Origin: a virus
Lineage: Duplodnaviria > Caudoviricetes
Strand: one strand, 5' to 3'
DNA length: 64,000 bases
IMG/VR virus record: IMGVR_UViG_3300038345_000144
Part shown: piece after piece, positions 18,927 through 27,833 of the stretch
Numbering within the stretch: the first letter of the stretch is position 1
Layout: each line of letters begins with the position of its first letter
Program-made: the position numbers and the translations under genes
The notes under the pieces: model-generated
The model's database searches: none
Told to the model about the DNA's origin: nothing
Seen by the model: only the letters and a program-made list of their open reading frames with translations

Positions 18927-19469
18927 TCAATTAGTTTCCCTCGTCGCATCAATTTCGTCCTGTCTTGCCTGTGCTTCAGGGGATAGGGTAAATGCGTCTG
19001 GATTAGGTGTAGGAACATAAGGAGCAGGGTAATATGTTAAAGTACCGTCCTGATTTGTTCTTACATCAATATACTGGTTGTCTCCGATAAGACTATAAAT
19101 CAACTGTCCTAACTGGGAGTCACCACTTACCTTATAGTAGTTGTCCTGCTGATTGTAAATGTAGGAATTTACAATAATTTCTCCCTTTACAGTAACAAGA
19201 TATGTTGTACCTGTTCTATCAACATCTTCGTTAACATTGATTAACGCCTGATAGTCGTCTGTAAACGGCTGATAATTCACGGGAGCGTTTGTTGATAACT
19301 CTGTTTTGGTGTAATTGTATAACTGGGTATTCTGTTCTTCTGTAAGTGTTACACGCTGTCCATTATCTCCATAAGTCAGCGTCCAAGTCAACTTCTTTTC
19401 TTCAGCCTTGTTACAACCTGTGAGCAACATCACTCCTACGAGGATTGCACCTACTATCTTTTTATTCAT
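18927..19469 (-). CDS. lipoprotein
   Basis: MNKK, hydrophobic core, LTGC lipobox. Confidence 0.85.
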   Translation of the reverse strand: MNKKIVGAILVGVMLLTGCNKAEEKKLTWTLTYGDNGQRVTLTEEQNTQLYNYTKTELSTNAPVNYQPFTDDYQALINVNEDVDRTGTTYLVTVKGEIIVNSYIYNQQDNYYKVSGDSQLGQLIYSLIGDNQYIDVRTNQDGTLTYYPAPYVPTPNPDAFTLSPEAQARQDEIDATRETN

Positions 19470-19489
19470 ATCTTAAGTTCCTTTCTTAT

Positions 19490-19750
19490 TATAAATGCGA
19501 GCGTACCGTTTAGTATCTCGCATATAATAGTTTTATTGGGTGCGGTTCTCCACCTAATCACCGCAAGGTTCCTCGTTACATTCAACCGTCTTGATAAGGA
19601 AACCGTTTTACAGAGCCTATAACGAGTCAATTTGGCTCTAACCTTATCTCAATAGTGACTGCTCACCATTTCTGGCTTCTTTGTGTTTTTACTCATCTGT
19701 CCCACTATCGACTTCAGAAACCTATGAACATAGGAACTCATAGTAACCTT
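19490..19750 (-). ncRNA. candidate structured ncRNA or leader RNA (family not recognised)
   Basis: ORF-free region directly below a TTGACA-18-TATAAT promoter, with many complementary segments and two possible pseudoknots. Confidence 0.55.
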
Positions 19751-19755
19751 TAGGT

Positions 19756-19785
19756 ATTATAACAAAATAATAAAATAGTTGTCAA
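19756..19785 (-). promoter_or_regulatory. consensus sigma70 promoter
   Basis: TTGACA (19780-19785), 18 nt, TATAAT (19756-19761). Confidence 0.8.
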
Positions 19786-20153
19786 GTAACCATCGGTACT
19801 AATTCAAAATCATTTTTCGACCTGACGCAAGAAACCTCAAAGTCCTCATCTGCAAAACAAGAACCCTCGGCAAAACCTACCGAGAAGCGATTTGCAAATG
19901 CCTGTCTTTCAAAAATTCTACCAAAGCCCTCAAAGAACTCGTCTTTAAGAGTACCCTTGATGTCCTCTTTGTCTTTCTCGCTCAACTCACCGTCGGAGGT
20001 AAAGTATATTTTACCACCGTTTTCGTCAGCAACCTCAATCTTAAAAGTCTTGATAGATGCTGGAAGTATTGGGTCGAACCTGTCTAAAAATTCTTGTGCG
20101 TCCCAATAAGTGTAAATTGGTGATGTGAAATAAAATTCAACTACATAGTTCAT
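19782..20153 (-). CDS. hypothetical protein
   Basis: 123 aa, coupled overlap. Confidence 0.75.
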   Translation of the reverse strand: MNYVVEFYFTSPIYTYWDAQEFLDRFDPILPASIKTFKIEVADENGGKIYFTSDGELSEKDKEDIKGTLKDEFFEGFGRIFERQAFANRFSVGFAEGSCFADEDFEVSCVRSKNDFELVPMVT

Positions 20154-20407
20154 AAGTCCGTCCCTCCTTCCTGATTGTTGAACGGTACAATGATTTCTTC
20201 AAATCGGTATTTCTGCTTAACTTCGGGATATTTCTCCTTATCAACCTCACCCATAAACATATCAAGGGGTCTTGCCCAAACATCAGAGTCGTGTCGATAG
20301 ATAACCAGTCTTTCGTTGGTTTCTGTATGCACGGCAGTAGCAATTATTTGCACGGTAAGTCCCTTAAAGTGTCTATAAGTCTGACCTGCTTTCGGAATTG
20401 GTCGCAT
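20150..20407 (-). CDS. DUF1653-family protein
   Basis: YRHFKG...A.HTET.E.LVIY...WARPLDMF..EVDKEKYP...QKYRF. Confidence 0.9.
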   Translation of the reverse strand: MRPIPKAGQTYRHFKGLTVQIIATAVHTETNERLVIYRHDSDVWARPLDMFMGEVDKEKYPEVKQKYRFEEIIVPFNNQEGGTDL

Positions 20408-20419
20408 AAGATACCTTCC

Positions 20420-20755
20420 TTAATCATCAATTTTTACATAAATATCATTTTCACGGTTCAAAGGGAAGTTTCCCCAAGTACCGTAATAATTTATTATACC
20501 ATTTTCTTGCTTTATGTCTACTACCTCACCCTTAACCCAACTACCGTCATCGTCAAGGTTCTTTGAGTATAGTATCATAATTATATCGCCAATATTTATA
20601 GGTGGTTTATCGTGTTTGGCTAATAACGCCCTTGCTGTCAATACCTTGATGGTATAACACATATTACAGCAACGGACATTTTCCTCTTCGCCACATAAAG
20701 GGCGGGGGTCAAAACTTTCGCCAACTATTTCACTCCCGCAGATGCAACATCTCAT
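20420..20755 (-). CDS. Zn-finger + DUF4314-like protein
   Basis: CCICG...PL...CCNMC, then G.V..I...YGTWGNFPL; paralog of 21127. Confidence 0.75.
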   Translation of the reverse strand: MRCCICGSEIVGESFDPRPLCGEEENVRCCNMCYTIKVLTARALLAKHDKPPINIGDIIMILYSKNLDDDGSWVKGEVVDIKQENGIINYYGTWGNFPLNRENDIYVKIDD

Positions 20756-21111
20756 TCGGCTGTACTCCCTTTCTTCTCCTTCAGTTTTGCTAACTCTTTC
20801 TTAATATGAGGGTGATTGTCTGGTTCTCGGATAATCTGTCTAATCAACCCCATTCTGCCATACTTAATCTTTGAGGATTTGTAGTTTTGGTCGGTCCAAA
20901 TGGGGTGCTGACACATAGAAAAGTACGGACAATCTTTCTCAACGCATTGGTGTCCAGCCAACAATTCAGGAGTAATAAAGCCCCTGTGACTTTTGTTGTG
21001 ACAATAACCAACATAGGATTGGCTCTTCGCTTTTACTTTTCCTATTCTTTTACGGGCTAAAGACTTTTCGTATTCTTTTTCCCTTTTTCGGTGTCTATTT
21101 CTCATAGGCAC
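20752..21111 (-). CDS. basic Cys/His-motif hypothetical protein
   Basis: GYCHNKSHRGF...HQCVEKDCPYF. Confidence 0.75.
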   Translation of the reverse strand: MPMRNRHRKREKEYEKSLARKRIGKVKAKSQSYVGYCHNKSHRGFITPELLAGHQCVEKDCPYFSMCQHPIWTDQNYKSSKIKYGRMGLIRQIIREPDNHPHIKKELAKLKEKKGSTAE

Positions 21112-21126
21112 AATACCTCATAATTA

Positions 21127-21528
21127 TCAGTAGTCGTTACCCAAGTTGATAAAGGAGTCGGAAAGCCTTACAGGGAAACTGCCCCAACTTCCACGATATA
21201 TCATATCTCCGTCAACAGAGGATAAGGATTGGTTGATACTCTCTACTTTACCTGTAAGGAACATTTCGCCCTCACCAGACATCAATTTATCGAGTATTCT
21301 ATTTTCTCCTGCTTCGTCTTTAACATAAAACAGGATTAACTTATCGCCTTCCATCGGTTCTCTGTAAGTAACAGCACTTGTGCTACCCATAACCCTATTT
21401 GCTGGTCTTACATAGTTTTCTACACAAGACTCACAGCAGTTTGCTTTGAAGTTATCTTTAGCACAAAGAGGGTTAGCCAAGAACTTCTCTTCTTCAGCGA
21501 TGTCTCTGCCACACAATACACATCTCAT
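21127..21528 (-). CDS. Zn-finger + DUF4314-like protein
   Basis: Likely start at 21528 (MRCVLCG); PLC..CCESC; GKVESI...RGSWGSFPV. Confidence 0.75.
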   Translation of the reverse strand: MRCVLCGRDIAEEEKFLANPLCAKDNFKANCCESCVENYVRPANRVMGSTSAVTYREPMEGDKLILFYVKDEAGENRILDKLMSGEGEMFLTGKVESINQSLSSVDGDMIYRGSWGSFPVRLSDSFINLGNDY

Positions 21529-21563
21529 AATTTCGGCTCCTTTCATAGTAACTTTTCCCTTTA

Positions 21564-21980
21564 TTAAAGAGTCCACATTTTACCATCAACAAAGGTCTTT
21601 TGCATTTTTGAAGTGGTTTTTTGTATGTTTTTCCTAATTTCATCATCGTAAGATAAAAAGTCAGGAACACTAATGATTACTTTGGCTTTACATCCCATAA
21701 AACCAAACCACGGCGACTCAAAGCCTCCCTGATTATCAAATTCAATATTGGTTCCTTTATCAACCATTAGCCTAATAACTTTATTTGGAGAAGAGTTAGC
21801 CAGTTCTATTTTTAAGTATTCCCAATCTAAAGTGTCCTCGCCTGGTTCTAATGAAACACTAACTTCAAAGTCATAATGATTTTCTACTAAATTATCCTCG
21901 CAATCAGATGAAACATCAGTATAACTGTATTTATAAAAGGCTCCATTATTGGTCGCATATTTATTTTTAAGCATTAACAT
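21564..21980 (-). CDS. hypothetical protein
   Basis: 138 aa in operon. Confidence 0.7.
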   Translation of the reverse strand: MLMLKNKYATNNGAFYKYSYTDVSSDCEDNLVENHYDFEVSVSLEPGEDTLDWEYLKIELANSSPNKVIRLMVDKGTNIEFDNQGGFESPWFGFMGCKAKVIISVPDFLSYDDEIRKNIQKTTSKMQKTFVDGKMWTL

Positions 21981-21983
21981 AAG

Positions 21984-22463
21984 TTATCTACCTCTCAAAA
22001 TCAATTGTTCTGCCCAGAGCAGACCCCCAAATAAGTCAATCACAGCATAAAGCAGTACCCAAATAACCGCAACATTCATAAAGGTATAACCAAATTTGAA
22101 ATTATCTTCACTTTCCCCACTCCACTTGTTTATTTCAGGGTGGTCAGGGTCAATGTATATTTCTTCTGTTGTTTGGTAATTATAATACGAGGTTGTATCT
22201 GAATAATGAACACCATTGTAGTCGTATTCATACTGGGCTTTCCAATAAGAAAATCCCTTATCATCGTGATATTTTTTCGCAGAAGTAATATAGGCAGTTA
22301 CCTTTTGGGTACAGGGTTCAAGGACTTTTGCTTTATGAACAGAAGCCATACCTATACCCATAAAGATAAACGGAACCAAAATCAAACCTATGAAGATAAG
22401 AATATTAGTCTTACGAGAGTGCTTATCTGCTTGTAATATATGTCCTATAAGAAACCATATCAT
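21984..22463 (-). CDS. membrane protein, DUF3592-like
   Basis: TM - YEYDYNGVHY...IYIDPDHPE - TM. Confidence 0.65.
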   Translation of the reverse strand: MIWFLIGHILQADKHSRKTNILIFIGLILVPFIFMGIGMASVHKAKVLEPCTQKVTAYITSAKKYHDDKGFSYWKAQYEYDYNGVHYSDTTSYYNYQTTEEIYIDPDHPEINKWSGESEDNFKFGYTFMNVAVIWVLLYAVIDLFGGLLWAEQLILRGR

Positions 22464-22465
22464 AA

Positions 22466-23623
22466 TTAAGAAGCCCCATAAAGATACTCATAAATTTCAA
22501 GGGCGGTCATTTCTTGTTCCTGACCGTCTTTAGTTCTTACCTTAATCTTGTCGTCCTTATCAAACTCTCTACCTGTAATCCAGATTTTACCTGTCCAGTC
22601 GGTAGGTTTATAATCTGCCACATCGTTAAGTCCAATCTTCTGCATCTTCTTGTTTCGAGAATACATAACGACACGGGCAATTCTTAACAATTCCGCACCT
22701 TCCTGAACCGAGTTAGCAACAGCAACGACACCGTTCATACCCTTAAAAGGATAGAATTCAGTTTGCTTAATATCAATCAAACCTACGGAAATCTTATTGT
22801 TATGCTCGATACAATGGAAGATAACATTTCTTAAAGTAACGGACTTACCACCACCAGTAGAACCTACGCACAATGCCTGTGGAGCCGATGGTGTCTCAAC
22901 TGTTTGAGCAATCTTACCGTCTTCATAGAAGTAGAGGGAACGACCCTCATTTTTGATAGAGTTAAGGTTCCAAGAAACCTCTCCAAGTCCTGAAAGACCA
23001 ATAGGTACAAATTCAGCAGGTCTCAACCACGAACCAGGATATTTTGCAATATGTGGTGGAAGTGGAGCACCTACGAATGAACATTTACGAGCAGGAAGGT
23101 CAGGTTCAGGCAACCACTCATAGTTAGGCAAATACAAATTAAGTGTCATACAGAGAGTTGCCGCTTGCTCTAACTTGAACCTATCAGGGTTAACCTTAAT
23201 GGTAATTCTGTTAACCTGATTTTTTTCGTAACCAAGTTCAATGTTATATTCTTCCCACTTATTAGGGTCGAACTCATCTTCACCTTTCTTGAGACCAAGA
23301 GTAGGCTTAATAACCTCAAATATCTTTTCTCTTTCTTCATTTTGCTTCTCTACGATAACCTTTTTAATGGTAGCAAGGATAATCATTGTGAGTATCAAAG
23401 CACCACCGTAAGAAGCCAGCAATATCAATAGGGTTGGTGTCTTCAGCGTAAAGAAGTGCTGGATAAGTTGAAGGATAATTCCCACACCCAAGAAGCCTAT
23501 AAGTATTAAACTGTCTCTTTTTGTGTAGGAGTAACCTACTTTATTTTCCATACTGATATGCAGTATCTTGTTAGTAGCAAACTGTCCGAGTGCCACTAAT
23601 AGTACAAATACGAAAATAAACAT
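22466..23623 (-). CDS. FtsK/TcpA-like membrane ATPase, intact Walker A, truncated before Walker B
   Basis: N-terminal TMs; QALCVGSTGGGKS; LIDIKQTEF; ends at TALEIYEYLYGAS with no hhhhDE or LAR.GR. Confidence 0.85.
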   Translation of the reverse strand: MFIFVFVLLVALGQFATNKILHISMENKVGYSYTKRDSLILIGFLGVGIILQLIQHFFTLKTPTLLILLASYGGALILTMIILATIKKVIVEKQNEEREKIFEVIKPTLGLKKGEDEFDPNKWEEYNIELGYEKNQVNRITIKVNPDRFKLEQAATLCMTLNLYLPNYEWLPEPDLPARKCSFVGAPLPPHIAKYPGSWLRPAEFVPIGLSGLGEVSWNLNSIKNEGRSLYFYEDGKIAQTVETPSAPQALCVGSTGGGKSVTLRNVIFHCIEHNNKISVGLIDIKQTEFYPFKGMNGVVAVANSVQEGAELLRIARVVMYSRNKKMQKIGLNDVADYKPTDWTGKIWITGREFDKDDKIKVRTKDGQEQEMTALEIYEYLYGAS

Positions 23624-23656
23624 AAATTTCCCTCCGAAATGAAAGGAATTACTCCC

Positions 23657-24124
23657 TTACATTTTGATTTCTTTATTCTTACGAACATCAATTATTCTCT
23701 GATTTTTTGAACCTCTGAACGCCAATGTAGTATCTCTCTGTGCCAAGATAAATTGTCCGTCAACTACCACATCGACATATTTCATTACTTCCAAGTCCTT
23801 GACATCTTCGAACTTTGAGCCTGTATAAAGCCAAATGTTCTTATCTGGGAACCTTTCCTTATATTCTTTACAAAGGTCTGTTACATCTTCGATGTTTGCT
23901 GAATATAGCGGGTCCCCACCTGACAGGGTTAATCCGTCCGTTTTTTCACAGATTTCAAACAATACTTCCTTTGTCTTTTCAGTAAAAGGTGTTCCAGCGT
24001 TCTTGTTCCAACTTTCTCGGTTATGGCAACCCTTACAATGGTGGTCGCACCCCGATACAAAAAGAACTGTTCGCCAGCCTAATCCATCAGCGAGACTTGT
24101 CTTGTAGATGGTCATATAGTTCAT
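23657..24124 (-). CDS. nrdG: anaerobic ribonucleotide reductase activating protein
   Basis: DGLGWRTVLFVSGCDHHCKGCHN radical-SAM motif; TLSGGDP; FRGSKNQR. Confidence 0.96.
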   Translation of the reverse strand: MNYMTIYKTSLADGLGWRTVLFVSGCDHHCKGCHNRESWNKNAGTPFTEKTKEVLFEICEKTDGLTLSGGDPLYSANIEDVTDLCKEYKERFPDKNIWLYTGSKFEDVKDLEVMKYVDVVVDGQFILAQRDTTLAFRGSKNQRIIDVRKNKEIKM

Positions 24125-24166
24125 AAGTTACCTCCAAAAATATTTTTTATCGTTTATCGTTAAATT

Positions 24167-24580
24167 TTAGAATAAGTAAGTTGGTACTGTAAAAGTACAA
24201 ATCATCTTGAATGACGGAGAAATTTCAATCTCTCCACCTATTAAATTGTAATCAGACGGATTAACTGAATTGGTCTTTGATAAGTAATCAAGGAAAGCAA
24301 TAAAGTCATCATTTGACTCACCAATCTCATCAACCAAGTATGTACCGCCATTACGCATAGCATAAATGAATTCTTCGTTAAGCAAATCACGGGCAGTAAC
24401 AGAAGTTGAGCACTGGTAAATACCTGACGACATACCACCTGCTACCTGTGACTTACCATTACAATACGGACCAGCCCAAATATCAAGTCTGCCATTATAC
24501 TTCTCTTTATAAGTATCTTCCCCAAGTTGACCGTCATTTGCCATCTTATTGATTTCAATAAGTCGTTCCTTTAACAACAT
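24167..24580 (-). CDS. degenerate MoxR/AAA_5-like fragment
   Basis: AMRNGGTYLVDEI...ISPSFKMICT resembles Walker B and sensor region; no Walker A. Confidence 0.5.
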   Translation of the reverse strand: MLLKERLIEINKMANDGQLGEDTYKEKYNGRLDIWAGPYCNGKSQVAGGMSSGIYQCSTSVTARDLLNEEFIYAMRNGGTYLVDEIGESNDDFIAFLDYLSKTNSVNPSDYNLIGGEIEISPSFKMICTFTVPTYLF

Positions 24581-24897
24581 TGTTCAAGTTCCTCCAATTT
24601 CTTTATTAACTCTTTGACCTCTTCCTCTACTACATAAATAAAGTTTATGCCGTTAAGCGGTTCGTGGACAAATAGTATATTGCCTGATTTATAAACTTTG
24701 CCGAACTTCAAGTCCTTGATGAACTCAAATGCTTCGGCATCAAAGTAATCTTCCGTGATAATACACACAGCATCTTCGGTATTCAGGACATAGTTGATTT
24801 TTGCAAATCGCTTAATATCTCTGTCCAACTCATTGTCGGGCATATTATCTATATCACCATATATTAAATCAGAGATAGTGCGTGTAGAATAGGTCAT
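24571..24897 (-). CDS. hypothetical protein
   Basis: 108 aa in operon. Confidence 0.7.
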   Translation of the reverse strand: MTYSTRTISDLIYGDIDNMPDNELDRDIKRFAKINYVLNTEDAVCIITEDYFDAEAFEFIKDLKFGKVYKSGNILFVHEPLNGINFIYVVEEEVKELIKKLEELEQCC

Positions 24898-24900
24898 AGA

Positions 24901-25281
24901 TTACTCCCTTCCAAATTCTCGTTCAAGTTCCCTGAAAACCTTATTAGGGAACTCTCGGAGGCTACAAAAGTGGTTCATACCACCGTGATAGTCCCTTTCG
25001 TGCTTTGCTGTTCTAAACAATACACCGCCTGTACCCCATTCGTCAATATCAATCGGTACATCACGGGGAATTTCATAACTAAAATAGATGAATTTCTCGT
25101 CCTGCTTGAAAAAGCCTGATACCGTAGAATAGTTCAAATGACAGTCTAAAAGTTCCCAACCATTACTGTCGGCAATCTTTTTAGCCCAGTTCTTAAACTT
25201 TCTACCAAAAGATTTGGCACATTCTGGGGTCTCACCGTTGAAGCCTGACATTACTTTACGATTAACTTCTTCTGGAAACAT
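24901..25281 (-). CDS. phage-type hypothetical protein
   Basis: SGFF...FIYFS...LFRTAKHERDYHGGMN. Confidence 0.75.
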   Translation of the reverse strand: MFPEEVNRKVMSGFNGETPECAKSFGRKFKNWAKKIADSNGWELLDCHLNYSTVSGFFKQDEKFIYFSYEIPRDVPIDIDEWGTGGVLFRTAKHERDYHGGMNHFCSLREFPNKVFRELEREFGRE

Positions 25282-25296
25282 AGTCTTTTCTCCTTT

Positions 25297-25704
25297 TTAT
25301 TCTTCTGTAAATACCTTTAATAAACTTGCGTACAGGCTCTCTGAAGCATCACCCGAAATCAACTGCGGGGTAATATTCGTTAACTCGTACTCTGGCTCAT
25401 CATCAGCGAACTCACCACAACGGACCAGACCTACTTCCTTAATCCAGTCGGCAATCTTCTCGCTGTATATACGGTAAAATCCTGAAAAATCACAGACCAT
25501 ATAAGCCGAGTTGTTCTCCGTTTGAGGTACAAACTTGGTAACGATGACATTATTACAGAGTAATTCTAAAAACTTATCCATAGAGTCATTTGTGTCTCCG
25601 AGCGTATGGCATAAACAGACCGCCATATCAATATCCGTATCACTGACATCAATATCAATCTCTTCTCCCAAATACTCTTCTGCGGTTTCTCTGATTGTAG
25701 GCAT
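25297..25704 (-). CDS. hypothetical protein
   Basis: AAGGAG RBS, 135 aa. Confidence 0.75.
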   Translation of the reverse strand: MPTIRETAEEYLGEEIDIDVSDTDIDMAVCLCHTLGDTNDSMDKFLELLCNNVIVTKFVPQTENNSAYMVCDFSGFYRIYSEKIADWIKEVGLVRCGEFADDEPEYELTNITPQLISGDASESLYASLLKVFTEE

Positions 25705-25814
25705 AGCGTTTTCTCCTTTGCTATAAAATATAAACCTCCGAACTATCGGAGAACATAATGCGTGTCCTTCCTAAAACGGCTTTGCGATAGAAAAACCCCC
25801 ACAAATGGGGAAAA

Positions 25815-26024
25815 TTATTCATCAAGTTCGTCGTAAGCCGACAATACCCACTTTTTAGCAGTAGTAAGACTTTCTAACATAAGGTCTATCTGATGCTCCA
25901 ATGATTGTAGGCTATCAAAAGTAAGAGCCTCTGATAGTTCTTCCTGTTCAACCATACCTATTCTGTTCTTAACATCTTCAAAGTTAGTCTTAATGTTGTC
26001 TTCAAAATACTTGGGTAATGCCAT
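25815..26024 (-). CDS. hypothetical protein
   Basis: AAGGAG RBS, 69 aa. Confidence 0.7.
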   Translation of the reverse strand: MALPKYFEDNIKTNFEDVKNRIGMVEQEELSEALTFDSLQSLEHQIDLMLESLTTAKKWVLSAYDELDE

Positions 26025-26232
26025 AATTAGTCTCCTTTATACTTAACACGAACCCTCAAGGTCTCTACAACATACATCTACGGGCGAGAAACCTCCGATA
26101 ACGGAGAAGAGCAACTTGTTTGTCCAACTTGAACATACAAGTTTCGAGAAACCTCCGATTTATCCTATTTTAATAATAAAAGACGGGCAAGTGCTGTCCG
26201 TCCTTTACTTGATTATTAAATTGTAATTGACC

Positions 26233-26517
26233 TTATACCCTGCACATATTCTCTATGGCATTATAAAGGTGATTATCCTCATTAAAGTTAACTTCTTGGC
26301 AGAATTTCTGTGGTTGCATATCAAAGACTTGACCTACGCAATCACTACAATAGCCTATGGTAAAGATACCTTTATAAAATATAGGGTAATGGTCATCAAA
26401 TATGTCCGTGGCTCGTTGCTGTTGTGCTACTAATTGCTTGTACTTATCTCTTTCGACATAGGTAATGTACTCTTTTCCGCAATTCGGACATACGAAACTA
26501 TAACGCATCAATTCCAT
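26233..26517 (-). CDS. Zn-ribbon hypothetical protein
   Basis: CPNCG...YCSDC. Confidence 0.75.
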   Translation of the reverse strand: MELMRYSFVCPNCGKEYITYVERDKYKQLVAQQQRATDIFDDHYPIFYKGIFTIGYCSDCVGQVFDMQPQKFCQEVNFNEDNHLYNAIENMCRV

Positions 26518-26539
26518 ATAGAATGTTCCTTTATTATTA

Positions 26540-26941
26540 TTAAATAGTCCTTCGCTTAATCAAAACGCTGATATTATTATCACTTGCGGTAACTGTGAAA
26601 TCAAAGTTCCGATTAAAAAACTGATTTTCTTCCGATTTCTCTCGGTATTTTTGTGTGAGTTCCTCGATTAAGGTGTCCTTATATTGAGAAAACACACTTG
26701 GAGTGTTTGGTATGTTGAAGATACTAATAGCGTCATAACAGTTAAATACCAGTTCTCGTATGTCCCCTTTATCGACATATACCATTAAAACGCCACTAAT
26801 ACTACAAAACATCACTTCTGTAACCGTATAAACATATAAATCGGGTTGTATCTGCTTTTGGGGATAATTTTTGAGAACTTCCAGCAGATTGTCCTCATCG
26901 AGATATATGTGGCTGTTAGTTACAGACAACTGGTGTATCAC
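26540..26941 (-). CDS. hypothetical protein
   Basis: 133 aa, GTGA overlap. Confidence 0.65.
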   Translation of the reverse strand: MIHQLSVTNSHIYLDEDNLLEVLKNYPQKQIQPDLYVYTVTEVMFCSISGVLMVYVDKGDIRELVFNCYDAISIFNIPNTPSVFSQYKDTLIEELTQKYREKSEENQFFNRNFDFTVTASDNNISVLIKRRTI

Positions 26942-27141
26942 GCAACCACAAGTTCGAAGATGTTATTATCGCCTTCACCAAACTCTATTAGGCGTGATAT
27001 TGCTTTTTGAGCGTTGCTTTCGGTCTTAAAGACTTTAGCCTCTGATTGCTCCCAAGTATTGATAAAATGTTTTTCTTTTGAGTCAATGGATTTTACATAT
27101 CCTTGTTCTCCACTAAACTTGTTCGTCCATTTAATCGCCAT
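26938..27141 (-). CDS. hypothetical protein
   Basis: GGGAGG RBS, 67 aa. Confidence 0.7.
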   Translation of the reverse strand: MAIKWTNKFSGEQGYVKSIDSKEKHFINTWEQSEAKVFKTESNAQKAISRLIEFGEGDNNIFELVVA

Positions 27142-27273
27142 TTTGAATTTTTCCTCCCTTGAACAAATTGCATAAATGAAGAGGGTTATTTACCTCCCCT
27201 CTTCAACATTATACCATATTTGTTTTATTTTATAAAATTAGTTATTTTTTATATATTTTGGTGGTAGAATTCG

Positions 27274-27720
27274 TCAATCCTCACCGTACCAATGTATTGA
27301 AAAGTGGTACGGAGATATATCAGCGTCTTCCAACTGTCTCATAGAGTAAATGAGGTCGTGTTCAGCCACTACATCTGACGCAATCTCGTCAATATCACAC
27401 TTCGACGCATCAAACGGGAAGTATGTTACTGTTTCCGCACCCTCTCTGATATAAGGCTTAAGCATTTCAACCGTAAGTCCGTCAATGAGTTCAAAGTCCT
27501 CATCTGCGATGTCAAATTCATCCTCATAGACCTTACCGTTAATCGTAAAATCTTCGTCCTCAAAGTTATATCCGATGACATAGACATCATCACCAATAAT
27601 GAAACTGCCTCTGGAAAGGTCAATAACGCTGGCAAGTCCAAAATGGTCAACAAAAGCATTTCTCCAGATATTGTCACCAATTACCTGCTCTGCCTTAAAA
27701 TGTTCCCAATAATAGTGCAT
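27274..27720 (-). CDS. acidic hypothetical protein
   Basis: GGAGG RBS, 148 aa. Confidence 0.75.
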   Translation of the reverse strand: MHYYWEHFKAEQVIGDNIWRNAFVDHFGLASVIDLSRGSFIIGDDVYVIGYNFEDEDFTINGKVYEDEFDIADEDFELIDGLTVEMLKPYIREGAETVTYFPFDASKCDIDEIASDVVAEHDLIYSMRQLEDADISPYHFSIHWYGED

Positions 27721-27796
27721 ATAAGTACCTCCAAATCAATGATATAAGTAGCATATCAGTAAATTCCCCACTCGTCAATCCCAATAATGGGACAGA

Positions 27797-27826
27797 TTAA
27801 AGGGGAAGGAAAAATCTCCTTCCCCT
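27797..27826 (-). terminator. terminator after nrdD
   Basis: Perfect 10-bp stem AGGGGAAGGA/TCCTTCCCCT. Confidence 0.65.
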
Positions 27827-27833
27827 CTATTAG

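Noticed and set aside
19541-19565. T-box-like sequence AGGTGGAGAACCGC, and raiA- or hammerhead-like words in the ncRNA candidate
   Set aside because: The bulge is not UGGNACC and no stem I motifs are visible. There is no CUGAUGA/GAAA core, and only a short word matches raiA.
22466-22575. C-terminus of the truncated FtsK (EFDKDDKIKVRTKDG...TALEIYE) resembles an IntN
   Set aside because: No Cys/Ser nucleophile at position 1, and the same segment is internal in the C-extein paralog.
26085-26159. Direct repeat with 60-nt period as a possible mini-CRISPR
   Set aside because: Only two 15-bp copies and no cas genes.
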